64,000 nucleotides of DNA from a virus (IMGVR_UViG_3300014204_000107:107468-171467); one strand, 5' to 3'; counted from the first letter of the stretch, positions 29,892 to 39,621 are shown. The notes: generated by a model from the letters alone, not told the origin. A program made the numbers and translations.

Positions 29892-30652
29892 AAAAAGTAT
29901 ATGTTCAAATAAAAAATGGATTTCCAATCAATGCTGATATACAGTCTGCGGTTGATGGATTTGAATATTTAGGATTTGATGCAATTGGATTCAGAATAGA
30001 AGAAATATTGGCAGGCAAATTTGATAATATAGCAAAATTAAATCCATTTGTTGGTTCAATTGACTGCATGACTGCGTTATTTAAACGTATTAATGTGTAT
30101 CCAATTCCTATTGATTTTCCAAAAGAAATACTTGATAGCGGATTAATTAGCAGAAAGATACAAATTTTAAATATTGATGACGCAATTGCCAATTTTAAAA
30201 GAACTTTAATACCAGTATTCATAAAACCAGTTCAAACAAAGTTGTTTGATGGCATTTTAGTAGAGGATATAAAATATTTAAACTACTTTAAAGGATTTGA
30301 GGGCACTGATGTAATAGTATCTAATAAACTTGATATTTTAAGTGAATACCGAGTATATATTCATAATGGTAAAATGGTATATTCAGCTAATTATGCTGGT
30401 GATTTTGAGTTAATACCAAACTATGATTATGTGCGGCAAGTTATTGCATCATATGCCAGTGCTCCTATTGCATACACAGTAGATGTTGCTGTTGTTAAAG
30501 ATAAAGATTACATATATAACGATATAATTGAAGTGAATGACTTTTGGGCAATTGGAAATTACGGATTAAAATGCTGGGATTATGCACAAATGTTATTAGA
30601 CCGATATTTTGAAATAATTAATTATACTTTTGATAGTGGAAATCATCAATAA
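29888..30652 (+). CDS. ATP-grasp protein (DUF4343/R2K-like)
   Basis: VFIKP..KLFDG, SEYRVYI, AYTVDVAV, IIEVNDFWAIG.YG. Confidence 0.8.
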   Translation: MKKVYVQIKNGFPINADIQSAVDGFEYLGFDAIGFRIEEILAGKFDNIAKLNPFVGSIDCMTALFKRINVYPIPIDFPKEILDSGLISRKIQILNIDDAIANFKRTLIPVFIKPVQTKLFDGILVEDIKYLNYFKGFEGTDVIVSNKLDILSEYRVYIHNGKMVYSANYAGDFELIPNYDYVRQVIASYASAPIAYTVDVAVVKDKDYIYNDIIEVNDFWAIGNYGLKCWDYAQMLLDRYFEIINYTFDSGNHQ

Positions 30653-30692
30653 TATTTTTGGTTATACTATTTATATTAAAAGGAGATAGTAT

Positions 30693-31583
30693 ATGATAAA
30701 ATGTGAAATTTGTAATCGTGAATATGAAACTCGAAAATCTTTTTCCTATCATTTGCGTAATCATAACATAACAATTAAACAATACAATGAGTTATATCAA
30801 TTGGATGTACAATCTTATTGCAAAAAATGTGGTAAGTTATTAACAAAGAAAAATAGAAAGACCGATTATTGTACAACTCACAGGGATCGCACAGGTGCTA
30901 ATAATCCATTTTTTGGTAAGACACACACAAAGGAAACAATAGAATCTAATAAAATAAAAGCAAGTAAAAAAATTAAAACTCGATGGAAAGACCCGGTATA
31001 TCGGAAAAAGGTAATTGATGGAATATCAAAACCCAGAAGTATTGCGGCTAAGATTAATATATCAAATGGTGTCAAGCAATCCTATAAAAATGATCCTCAA
31101 TTAAAACAAAAAAGAAGTCAAGTAATGCTTGATAGAATCAAAAATGGATTTGATCCATTACATGGCAGAAGTTTGCAAGGAGAGGGTTGGGGAGAAACTG
31201 GCATATTTAATGATATATATTATGTTTCAAAACTCGAGAAGAAACGATTAATTTTTTTATGTAATAATAACATTGCAGTTAAAGGATATCTAAGATCTGA
31301 ATTCAATGATTCAATTTGTTATCGTGATACAATAAATAATATAGATAGAACGTATTTCCCGGATTTTATATTACCAGATAATAAATGTGTTGAAGAAATT
31401 AAATATCGAAATAGTTGCTTTGATATTCAAGTTTTATCAAAATATCAAGCAGCATTTTTATTTTTTAAAAGAATAAATTATAGATATTATATAGTCACTG
31501 AACGCGATTTTGAATCTACTCCAGACGAGATTTATAATAATACATTAAATAAGCAAATTAGATCACAATTAAATCAATATTAA
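30693..31583 (+). CDS. Zn-finger/NUMOD3/PD-(D/E)xK endonuclease
   Basis: CEIC..H..H; NPFFGKTHTKET; YFPDF...EEIK. Confidence 0.7.
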   Translation: MIKCEICNREYETRKSFSYHLRNHNITIKQYNELYQLDVQSYCKKCGKLLTKKNRKTDYCTTHRDRTGANNPFFGKTHTKETIESNKIKASKKIKTRWKDPVYRKKVIDGISKPRSIAAKINISNGVKQSYKNDPQLKQKRSQVMLDRIKNGFDPLHGRSLQGEGWGETGIFNDIYYVSKLEKKRLIFLCNNNIAVKGYLRSEFNDSICYRDTINNIDRTYFPDFILPDNKCVEEIKYRNSCFDIQVLSKYQAAFLFFKRINYRYYIVTERDFESTPDEIYNNTLNKQIRSQLNQY

Positions 31584-31595
31584 ACACGCGAGAGC

Positions 31596-32033
31596 ATGTA
31601 CAAAAATAATATGAATAAAACATTTAACGAAGGAGATAAAATTTATTATGAATTTACTCCGCATACAGTAACAAGAATTGAAAATGGTGAAGTAACCCAA
31701 GTAACAGATGATTGCATTCACCGTTCGGGGTTATCCTTGACAGATGGTTGTTTTCACATTACAGATGATATAATTAAAATTAGCCATGCATTTATTGGAT
31801 TTGAAGAAGTGATTAGAAATGCAGCAAAAGAACCATTTAGTTTAAATTGGCCGCAAATTCAAAATAAACTTGTTGAATATTGGGAAGCTGCGTGTAATGC
31901 TGCAAATGGAGTTGATTCATATTTTGTTGTCTACTATGTTGAACGCGCAGACCATTTCACAGCTGAATTAGTTGCAAGAATTAATGAAATAAGAAATATG
32001 ACTATCGAAGAAATATATATTATGAGGGGGTAA
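31596..32033 (+). CDS. hypothetical protein
   Basis: 145-aa ORF. Confidence 0.65.
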   Translation: MYKNNMNKTFNEGDKIYYEFTPHTVTRIENGEVTQVTDDCIHRSGLSLTDGCFHITDDIIKISHAFIGFEEVIRNAAKEPFSLNWPQIQNKLVEYWEAACNAANGVDSYFVVYYVERADHFTAELVARINEIRNMTIEEIYIMRG

Positions 32034-32049
32034 AATAAGAATAAAAAAT

Positions 32050-32337
32050 AAACTTGTTCGACTATATGCGTTTGTATTTATACAGACGAGGAAACTCCGA
32101 ACACCACCGCTAGACATGGGAGACATATTAAAAAGGGTTAACAATAAGAGCACTAAACCAGTAACCCCGAAAGACACAGGTACAGAAATGTATGCTAGCT
32201 GTTAGAGTGCTTATGTCGTTAACACCATGGAGGGTGCAAACCATACAGGATTAGAGGGAAAGCGGCTCTATAATATCCGGGTTGGTGCATTAGTTAGATA
32301 TATAGATAGAACAGAATTCGGGTTACGGGGCAAGTTT
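32050..32337 (+). ncRNA. rnpB: RNase P RNA
   Basis: P1 aaacttgttc/gggcaagttt; CR-I GAGGAAACUCCGAA (32088) pairs with CR-V ACAGAAUUCGGGUUAC (32311) as P4; ACAGAAA and GGUGCAAAC in the expected order; terminator follows. Confidence 0.85.
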
Positions 32338-32344
32338 TAAAAAG

Positions 32345-32370
32345 ATAGCGGTTTAGGCCGCTATTTTTTT
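32345..32370 (+). terminator. intrinsic terminator after rnpB
   Basis: atagcggt-ttag-gccgctat plus T run. Confidence 0.85.
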
Positions 32371-32418
32371 CTTTGTTCACTATTTATTTATGATGAACTA
32401 TATTTTGGAGAAACCACA

Positions 32419-33177
32419 GTGGAAAATATTCAAGAAAAATCGATTTTCGTAGACGACAATCTATGTTCTGACTTTTGGGATACTGGTAATAAGCTCAAGA
32501 AAGAAATTCGAGCACATCTACTTAAAATCGCTTTAGACTTTTATAGTGGAGTTAAGTTCACCCATGGCAAAAAGGTCATTAAAGATATTTATTTTACTGG
32601 ATCATTGGCCGGTTATAATTATCATGAACAGTCAGATGTCGACATTCATATTGTATTAGATTATTCAATGTTAGATGATAACGAAGAATTGCTCGATAAT
32701 TATTTTAAATTTGCTAAATCCGAATGGAATGGTAAACACGATATTACTATCAAAGGCAGAGTGGTTGAGATAGGAATAGATAATGTTATTAATAACAATC
32801 ACCATGACGGCGTTTATTCATTAATACATGATAAGTGGGTTAAAGAACCCACTAAACAAGCAGAGGATGCAGTGGATGGTGAAGAAATAGATAGGTATGC
32901 TAAGAAAATAATGGGTAAAATCGATACTTTAATGCAAGATTATGCTTTAAGTGATGCGGAAGATGCCGCCTCTGTTGCGTATGATAAAGCAAAAGAACTG
33001 AAACACAAGATAAAAGAAATGCGGCAAAAGGCCCTGGATTCGAAGAAAGAGTTATATTCAGTAGGGAATTTGGTGTTTAAATCGCTAAGAAATAGTGGAT
33101 ATATGGAAAAATTATCAGATTTTATGCATGAAATGTATGATAAAATGTATATAATTGAACATAATATGGAGAACTAA
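32419..33177 (+). CDS. Pol-beta-like nucleotidyltransferase domain protein
   Basis: YFTGSLAGYNY...SDVDIH; GNLVFK.LR. Confidence 0.75.
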   Translation: MENIQEKSIFVDDNLCSDFWDTGNKLKKEIRAHLLKIALDFYSGVKFTHGKKVIKDIYFTGSLAGYNYHEQSDVDIHIVLDYSMLDDNEELLDNYFKFAKSEWNGKHDITIKGRVVEIGIDNVINNNHHDGVYSLIHDKWVKEPTKQAEDAVDGEEIDRYAKKIMGKIDTLMQDYALSDAEDAASVAYDKAKELKHKIKEMRQKALDSKKELYSVGNLVFKSLRNSGYMEKLSDFMHEMYDKMYIIEHNMEN

Positions 33178-33282
33178 TGTGCCAAAAAAACTAACCAAAA
33201 AACAGCAGAAAAAGTCAAGCGCTGCAAAGAAAAAAAGCACATCGAGAAAAATAACGCAGGATCCACCAAAGAAAAATAAAAA

Positions 33283-35127
33283 ATGAAGCAATACTCAATC
33301 GAAGATTTCTTTAAAAATCCTGAAATAGTTGATATACAAATAAGTCCAGATGGCAAATATTATTCATACTTGACACCGCATGAAAGGGTTATGAATATTG
33401 CTATTAAAGAAATCAGCACAGGTATTGAAACATTATTAACGTCATTTACTGATGATGATGTTGAAGAATATTTTTGGAAAGGCAATGATTATGTAGTATT
33501 TTTAAAAGATAAAGATGGTAGTGAAGATAGTGTAATGTATAGTATCAATCTGCAATCAAAAGAAATAAGAACGCATACTAATTTTGATAAAGTAAAAACC
33601 ATTATTGTTGATACTTTGCATTATGTTAATGATAATAAAGTTATAATCGGCCTCAATAAACGAAATCCAGAAATATTTGATTTGTATGAATATGATTTTA
33701 AGCAAGAGCTGCTTACTTTAATATTTACAAATGATCTTAAGTTAAATGGTGATAATCCCCACGCAATAGATTGGTTATTTGACCATAATGGTAAGTTAAG
33801 AATAATTACGGTTAGCGACGATATAGAAAGAATATATTATTATCGTGCAGCTGATGCTAAATTATTTAAACAATTTTTACACATTAATTTCGATGAAAGC
33901 TTTGTTCCTTTATTTTTTGATTATGATAACGCATTTATTTATTGCTTATCAAATATTGGAAGGGATAAAGTCGCAGCTATAAAGTATGATCCGATTACCA
34001 AAAAAGAAATAGAAATATTATATGAAGATGAAGAATATGATGTTGGCGCTATTTGTTATTCAGAAAAAGAAAAATCGCCAACTTCCATTTATTGGTATGG
34101 CTGTAAAGAAGAGCATAAAATATTAAGTAGCAAAATACAAAAGATATATGATACATTTGTAAGAGAAATTAATGGTAAAATAGGTTATGACTATGAGTTT
34201 AGCATTGTTGACCATTGTGATGAAGAAGTTTTATATATTGTCACTGCATCTTGCGATATAGACCCGGGAACATATTATTTATACGATGCCAATGCCGATA
34301 AAATAACAAAAATAGCAGATGTAATGCCTTGGATAACACCAACAGACATGGCATCCACTACGCCAATTAAATATAAGACAAATGATGGTATTACTGAGCA
34401 TGGCTATTTAACATTGCCTAAAAATATAAATGGCAAAATTCCATTAATTGTAAATCCACATGGTGGGCCTTGGCATAGAGATACTTGGGGATTTGACCCA
34501 GAGTTGCAATTTTTAGCCAATAGAGGTTATGCGGTATTACAAATGAATTTTAGAGGTTCGACTGGGTATGGTAGAGAATTTTGGAAGAAATCCTTTAAAC
34601 AATGGGGATTACTGATGCAGGATGATATCAGAGACGCCGTATATGCTGCGCTCAAACAAGGTATATTTGACGAAAAGAAAATAGCAATATATGGTGGCAG
34701 TTATGGTGGATATGCTACGTTAATGGGATTAATAAAAACGCCGGATTTATATTGTTGTGGTATTGATTATGTTGGAGTTAGCAATTTATTTACATTTATG
34801 GAAACCATACCACCTTATTGGAAAGCAGAAATAAAAGAAATGTATGCCATGGTGGGTGATCCTAAAGAAGACGAAGAACAATTCAAGCAAACCTCACCGG
34901 TATTTAATGTAGACAAAATAAAAGTTCCTGTAATGATTGCACAAGGGCAAAATGACCCAAGAGTAAATGTGAATGAATCAGAACAAATGGTAAAAGCACT
35001 AAAGGAAAAAGGAATAAAAGTCCTATATATGTTGAAGGAAGATGAAGGACATGGATTTACTAAAGAATCAAATTCAATTGAATTTTATACTGCACTTGAA
35101 CAATTTCTAAATAAAAATATAAAATGA
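33283..35127 (+). CDS. S9 family prolyl oligopeptidase/acylaminoacyl peptidase
   Basis: beta-propeller N-terminus, HGGPW, GGSYGG (Ser), DPRV (Asp), DEGHGF (His). Confidence 0.95.
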   Translation: MKQYSIEDFFKNPEIVDIQISPDGKYYSYLTPHERVMNIAIKEISTGIETLLTSFTDDDVEEYFWKGNDYVVFLKDKDGSEDSVMYSINLQSKEIRTHTNFDKVKTIIVDTLHYVNDNKVIIGLNKRNPEIFDLYEYDFKQELLTLIFTNDLKLNGDNPHAIDWLFDHNGKLRIITVSDDIERIYYYRAADAKLFKQFLHINFDESFVPLFFDYDNAFIYCLSNIGRDKVAAIKYDPITKKEIEILYEDEEYDVGAICYSEKEKSPTSIYWYGCKEEHKILSSKIQKIYDTFVREINGKIGYDYEFSIVDHCDEEVLYIVTASCDIDPGTYYLYDANADKITKIADVMPWITPTDMASTTPIKYKTNDGITEHGYLTLPKNINGKIPLIVNPHGGPWHRDTWGFDPELQFLANRGYAVLQMNFRGSTGYGREFWKKSFKQWGLLMQDDIRDAVYAALKQGIFDEKKIAIYGGSYGGYATLMGLIKTPDLYCCGIDYVGVSNLFTFMETIPPYWKAEIKEMYAMVGDPKEDEEQFKQTSPVFNVDKIKVPVMIAQGQNDPRVNVNESEQMVKALKEKGIKVLYMLKEDEGHGFTKESNSIEFYTALEQFLNKNIK

Positions 35128-35645
35128 AAAAAGAAGAATTAAAGCAATTAATTAGAGAAGCTGTTAGAGAAGAATTTTATTACCATATGAACAATAATTG
35201 GTTTGCACACGATGAAGATACCGATGCGTTTGAGTTGAGATTACTTATTAATGAAATGAAGTTTAATATGAAAGATACATATGATATTAAACTTGCACAG
35301 AAACATGCTATTGAGTTTGTAGATGAATATAATATCACGCATATTACTAAGATAACTCCAAATGCTGGATATATGGAAGTAAAATTATATTGGTTGGACC
35401 CAAATAATAATTTAAAACCATCAATGTCTGAACCACCAAAAAGTGGAACGAAAACCTTAAATACGCATATTAACAATCTAATTAATATTTTTTTGCCAAA
35501 ATATGATAAATTTTTAATACGGCCCAATGATCCAATACGATATAGATTATTTCAATTAATATTACATAAATTCATCGATAAGAATGTCTGGGATATACAA
35601 GAATTTCAAGGTTCTATGCTAATTACAAAAAGGAGAAGTAAATGA
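35124..35645 (+). CDS. hypothetical protein with ELKQLIxE N-terminal motif
   Basis: MKKEELKQLIREAVREE. Confidence 0.75.
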   Translation: MKKEELKQLIREAVREEFYYHMNNNWFAHDEDTDAFELRLLINEMKFNMKDTYDIKLAQKHAIEFVDEYNITHITKITPNAGYMEVKLYWLDPNNNLKPSMSEPPKSGTKTLNTHINNLINIFLPKYDKFLIRPNDPIRYRLFQLILHKFIDKNVWDIQEFQGSMLITKRRSK

Positions 35646-36022
35646 ATAAAGTTGAATTAAAGCAAATGATTAAACAAATTATATTAGAAGATGTAAATAA
35701 GCAGTCTACTCCGCAAAAATTTGTTGAAGAATGTGATATATTATTAAAACAAGCAGAAATACAACTTGGCAAACTTGATGATATATTATATGAATTAGGC
35801 AATGCAGCATCCTATGGGAAACAGATGTTTGAAGGTAGATTTGCAAATAATGAATATGGTATAACAAAAAATATGGTAGTCAGTGAATTATTTGATAGAT
35901 TATCAGGTAATACAAAGGGAAATGCTAGATATTCGTTGCGTGATACTAAAAAATATCTTGGTTGGGTTAAAAATAATATGGAAGAAATTAAATCCTCTAA
36001 TTTAAGCGGAGAACAAAAATGA
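35642..36022 (+). CDS. hypothetical protein with ELKQLIxE N-terminal motif
   Basis: MNKVELKQMIKQIILE. Confidence 0.75.
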   Translation: MNKVELKQMIKQIILEDVNKQSTPQKFVEECDILLKQAEIQLGKLDDILYELGNAASYGKQMFEGRFANNEYGITKNMVVSELFDRLSGNTKGNARYSLRDTKKYLGWVKNNMEEIKSSNLSGEQK

Positions 36023-36423
36023 AACTAAAAGAATTAAAGCAATTGATTAAAGAATGTATCAATGAAGAAATGCATTCAAGCAAATACCATGAACTTCCTC
36101 CAATGATTACATTAGATATTCCAAATGAATTAACTAACCTTAGCGAATTTGTAAAGTTATTAAGAGAATTTGTTGCAGATAATAATACAGATGCATTTAA
36201 GTTAGTATTGGAAATCTTTAATAAAGAATATGATACACCATATGTTAATTCCGGCGTTGAGAAAATGCATAGTGCATTGAAACAAGGATATTTTGTTCAA
36301 ACCATTCAAACAAATACTGCATGGAACAAATACCATAAAAAGTTTAAAGTAATTGTACAATTAACACCAATTGCAACACAAAAACAAACTGATTTAGTAA
36401 GAAGCATGGGACCATTAGATTAA
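36019..36423 (+). CDS. hypothetical protein with ELKQLIxE N-terminal motif
   Basis: MKLKELKQLIKECINEE. Confidence 0.75.
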   Translation: MKLKELKQLIKECINEEMHSSKYHELPPMITLDIPNELTNLSEFVKLLREFVADNNTDAFKLVLEIFNKEYDTPYVNSGVEKMHSALKQGYFVQTIQTNTAWNKYHKKFKVIVQLTPIATQKQTDLVRSMGPLD

Positions 36424-36437
36424 TAAGGAGAAATAAA

Positions 36438-36875
36438 ATGAATAAAGCAAATTTAAAGAAATTAATTAAAGAAGAAGTACTCGCAGAACTTAAAAATAAA
36501 AGCAAACTTACTGAAACAGTAGATGACCAATCGGCAACTGCACTATTTGGAAAAATAAAAACACAAATAGCAATGCTAAATAGAGCCATTACTAAACCTA
36601 AAGAATTAGCATTTCTTATGGCTGGCTTGATTAAGGCAGTAGCAGCAAATGAATCATTTGGACCAGCGCTAGCAAATAACATGAACTATAAATATGCTCT
36701 TAATTATTTAAATAAATTAGCCGGTGATTTAGCAAAAGACCAAGGAGACCAGCCAGACCAGCAAAAAGGACAGCCTCCTCAACAACCACCACAAGGACAA
36801 CCACAACAACAGCAGCAACAAGTACCACCTGCACCTAAACAACCAACAATGCAACAGCAAGGGCCAACTAAATAA
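36438..36875 (+). CDS. hypothetical protein with ELKQLIxE-like motif and Q/P-rich tail
   Basis: MNKANLKKLIKEEV; C-terminal QQKGQPPQQPPQGQPQQQQQQ. Confidence 0.75.
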   Translation: MNKANLKKLIKEEVLAELKNKSKLTETVDDQSATALFGKIKTQIAMLNRAITKPKELAFLMAGLIKAVAANESFGPALANNMNYKYALNYLNKLAGDLAKDQGDQPDQQKGQPPQQPPQGQPQQQQQQVPPAPKQPTMQQQGPTK

Positions 36876-36879
36876 TATT

Positions 36880-37368
36880 ATGACACGAGCAGAACTAAAG
36901 CAATTAATCAAAGAAGAAGTTAGACTGGCAATCAAAGAAGTAGATACTCGGGGCAATCCAGAAACCTTTGGTGAGTTGGCAGAAATAATAACCAGCATCG
37001 TTAAACAACAATATAAGCAAGCAGTTAAAAAAGGAGCATTATCAGCATTAATTGACCAAGTCGCAAGCTTAATTCCAGGTGCTACTAATGTTAAATCAGC
37101 ACTTGAATTCTTTAAAACTGTTTATAACGCAAGGGATGATAAGAAAACAAATAGTTGGTTAGATAGATTAAATGTAGACGATGACTTTTCTGCTATAGTA
37201 GATGATTCAATAGAGAACCAATTTATAAAAGATTTAGTAGAATGGATATCCAAACAACCACAAGATGCAAGATTGCCTGAAGACTTTGATATAAATGAAA
37301 AATTAACAGCTTACTTGGCAAACAAATATAACCAAAGAACATTGACGGGCAACCAGCCGCAAAAATAA
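36880..37368 (+). CDS. hypothetical protein with ELKQLIxE N-terminal motif
   Basis: MTRAELKQLIKEEV. Confidence 0.75.
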   Translation: MTRAELKQLIKEEVRLAIKEVDTRGNPETFGELAEIITSIVKQQYKQAVKKGALSALIDQVASLIPGATNVKSALEFFKTVYNARDDKKTNSWLDRLNVDDDFSAIVDDSIENQFIKDLVEWISKQPQDARLPEDFDINEKLTAYLANKYNQRTLTGNQPQK

Positions 37369-37710
37369 GATAAATATGAATGAATTTTATTATTCAAATA
37401 TGTTTGATACTAAAGCAATTGAGTATGTTATTATAATTATATTTTTATTATTGTTAATACCCTTTTCAACTTATCTTAATAAACCTAGAAAAAAACATAA
37501 TTAATATGCTATTAAAGCATTAATATCATTTAGATTTGGATAATAGAAAATTTTTACTTACATTTACAACAGATTTTTAGATAAACAACAAAAATAAACG
37601 ATTTATTGCTTAAAAAGCACAAACAAAAAAAATGTTAAAAAAAGTTTGGAAATTATCATTTTTTTTCATACTTTTACATAGTTATTACAAACCAACAAAA
37701 TAAAATTGAA

Positions 37711-37876
37711 ATGAGAACAGTGAATACATATAATACCAAGAACATTTGCGCCAGCATTAATTATGATGCATGGACAGGTAAAGGAGTACGTTTGAAAACA
37801 AGCTAGGTATTTAGTATTCCCATTATCATAAAAATATAAATTATGAAGAAACCTAGCCCAACCAGCTAGGTTTTTT
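37711..37876 (+). promoter_or_regulatory. leader-peptide attenuator of the + strand tRNA array
   Basis: 31-aa leader 37711-37806 ending AGC TAG; gctaggt (37802-37808) can pair with acctagc of terminator aaacctagc-ccaacca-gctaggttt-ttt (37849-37876). Confidence 0.7.
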
Positions 37877-37908
37877 CGTTTCGGTTCTTTCTAATATTGT
37901 AATTAAAT

Positions 37909-37979
37909 GCCTCTGTAGCTTAACGGTGAAGCAATTGGCATAATTTGGGTAGGTAGCTTAATTGGCAAAGCGCAGATAT
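37909..37979 (+). pseudogene. two tandem tRNA 5'-half remnants
   Basis: gcctctg-ta-gctt-aacggtg-aagc and gggtagg-ta-gctt-aattggca-aagc; no anticodon or T arms. Confidence 0.6.
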
Positions 37980-38050
37980 TGGTCTATGGTGAAAAGGTAT
38001 CACGGGAAACTGTTAATTTTCGATTCTTGGTTCGATCCCAAGTAGGCCAG
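37980..38050 (+). tRNA. tRNA-Asn(GTT)
   Basis: acceptor tggtcta/taggcca, loop ctGTTaa, T loop ttcgatc. Confidence 0.85.
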
Positions 38051-38121
38051 CTAAAAAATAATTTTTAAGACCGCTATAATTTTCAGCTTTATACTATTTA
38101 TAATAAAACAGGAGAATTATT

Positions 38122-38787
38122 ATGTCGTATGTATGTAAAAAATGTGGAAAAATATTTGAAAAACAAAGAGCACTAATGGGTCATTGTGTAACTCATTCAA
38201 TTAAAGTACAAGTCAAAAAAATAAAAACACAAGAAAAAAATAAAATTAAATCAAATAAAAAGCATATATGCAAATACTGTAATTTAGAATTTGAAACGGG
38301 GCCATCATTAGGAACACATACAAGAAATTGTATAAGTAATCCTAAAAGAGAAGATATGATAAAGCGGGGACACATTAATCGTTCAATATCAACAAATAAT
38401 GATGAATATCGGGCTAAATTAAGTGCAGCCGTTACTGCTGGTATAATGAAAAGAGTTAAAGCTGGTACTTGGCATACAAGCTTTAAAAAAACAAGAACAT
38501 ATGATTATAAAGGTGAAAGACTTCATGGTAAATGGGAATTGGAATATGCAAAATGGTTAGATAACAATAATATAAAATGGAAACGACCAAAAGATAGATT
38601 TCATTATATATTTGAAGAAAAAGATCATTATTATACACCAGATTTTTATTTAGTTGATACTAATGAATACGTTGAAATAAAGGGATATGAAACAGATAAA
38701 GATAGAGCCAAATGGAAATATTTTAAATTAAAATTAATAATACTAAAAGGTAAAGATTTGCGAGCCATGGGAATTAATGTTTGGTAA
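38122..38787 (+). CDS. C2H2 zinc-finger PD-(D/E)xK endonuclease
   Basis: CKKC..H..H, CKYC..H..C, YTPDFYL...VEIKGY. Confidence 0.8.
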   Translation: MSYVCKKCGKIFEKQRALMGHCVTHSIKVQVKKIKTQEKNKIKSNKKHICKYCNLEFETGPSLGTHTRNCISNPKREDMIKRGHINRSISTNNDEYRAKLSAAVTAGIMKRVKAGTWHTSFKKTRTYDYKGERLHGKWELEYAKWLDNNNIKWKRPKDRFHYIFEEKDHYYTPDFYLVDTNEYVEIKGYETDKDRAKWKYFKLKLIILKGKDLRAMGINVW

Positions 38788-38844
38788 TATTTAAATCCGG
38801 CCTTGCCCCAATAAATTGTTCTTTAAAATATTTTTTAATAAATT

Positions 38845-38912
38845 GCCGGTGATCCAGGGAGAAGACAGGTCTGTAAAACCTCAGCTAGAAGGCTCGCGTC
38901 CTTCCACCGGCA
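38845..38912 (+). tRNA. atypical short tRNA-like gene, anticodon GTA
   Basis: gccggtg/caccggc, aggt-ctGTAaa-acct, no long variable arm, T loop ctcgcgt. Confidence 0.55.
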
Positions 38913-38933
38913 CAATTAGTTCTTTAAAATAAT

Positions 38934-39028
38934 GCCGCAAGTAACATCAGTGGACTGTACACCCATTCTGCGTAACAAATAGATGTAAGGTACTTCGCAG
39001 TAAATAGGTTCGAATCCTATCAGCGGCA
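38934..39028 (+). ncRNA. tRNA-like RNA whose anticodon arm is replaced by an insert containing GGTACTTCG (degenerate Y-RNA-like)
   Basis: gccgc/gcggc ends, intact T arm atagg-ttcgaat-cctat, no recognisable anticodon loop. Confidence 0.4.
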
Positions 39029-39037
39029 CAAAATATC

Positions 39038-39107
39038 GATCCGGACGTATAACGGTTGTATACCGCGTTGTCTGCGCGAGAGGAGGGGTTCGAATCCCAC
39101 CGGGTCG
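39038..39107 (+). tRNA. tRNA-Asp(GTC), degenerate
   Basis: gatccgg/ccgggtc, cgcg-ttGTCtg-cgcg, weak T stem. Confidence 0.55.
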
Positions 39108-39112
39108 GCGAT

Positions 39113-39258
39113 AATTGATAGTGACTAAAAGAGTTACTTCGTATTCCAAACGAGAAATGCAGTGTTCGAATCCTGCCGGCCGTGCTAATAATTTAATACC
39201 ATACGGCTGTGGTCTAATGGCAAGACGCTAAAAATACTCTTTTAAATTTTCTTCAATT
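39113..39258 (+). ncRNA. YrlA-like Y RNA
   Basis: terminal stem aattga/tcaatt and taaaagagt/actctttta with TTACTTCG; inside, T arm, then acceptor-like stem closed by a loop (cggccgt/acggctg), then D arm. Confidence 0.7.
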
Positions 39259-39264
39259 ATACTT

Positions 39265-39338
39265 ATTCTCGTATATCAATTGGTGAGATTATCTGCCTGA
39301 TAAGCAGAAGGTTATGGGTTCAAATCCCGTCGAGAATA
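39265..39338 (+). tRNA. tRNA-Ile(GAT)
   Basis: attctcg/cgagaat, tctgc-ctGATaa-gcaga. Confidence 0.9.
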
Positions 39339-39340
39339 CA

Positions 39341-39448
39341 AAGTTGTGGCAACAGTAAAAGCTACTTCGTGCGAATAGTTCGCAATTTGTCTTCTAAACA
39401 AACCATCCGGTGCAATCCCGGCTGTTCTCTTACAAACTTTCCCAACTT
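39341..39448 (+). ncRNA. second Y-RNA-like gene (reduced)
   Basis: aagttg/caactt ends, GCTACTTCG motif, internal anticodon-like (cttctaa) and T-like arms. Confidence 0.5.
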
Positions 39449-39452
39449 AAAT

Positions 39453-39527
39453 GGTCTATTTGGCCTCATGGTGAGGAACCAGACTGTCACTCTGGTAAAA
39501 TCTACGGATCAAAACCGTGATAGATCG
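39453..39527 (+). tRNA. tRNA-Asp(GTC)
   Basis: ggtctat/atagatc, ccaga-ctGTCac-tctgg. Confidence 0.75.
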
Positions 39528-39536
39528 CAAATAAAT

Positions 39537-39609
39537 GGGTTGCCATGTTCCAAGGCTGGCGAAGGACGCCTGCAACGTCTTTGGTGGGGTTCGATTCCCC
39601 AGCGATCCA
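39537..39609 (+). tRNA. tRNA-Ala(TGC)-like (alternative register GCA/Cys)
   Basis: gggttgc/gcgatcc with G3:U70 and A73; loop cctgcaa. Confidence 0.55.
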
Positions 39610-39621
39610 CGCATAAAATAT

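Noticed and set aside
38845-38912. Pyrrolysine tRNA
   Set aside because: It is short with a non-canonical T loop, but the anticodon is GTA, not CTA, and the D arm does not match tRNA-Pyl.
39385-39401. Amber suppressor (CTA) anticodon in ttctaaa
   Set aside because: The perfect stem tttgt/acaaa puts TCT, not CTA, in the anticodon position, and the arm lies within a Y-RNA-like element lacking an acceptor stem.
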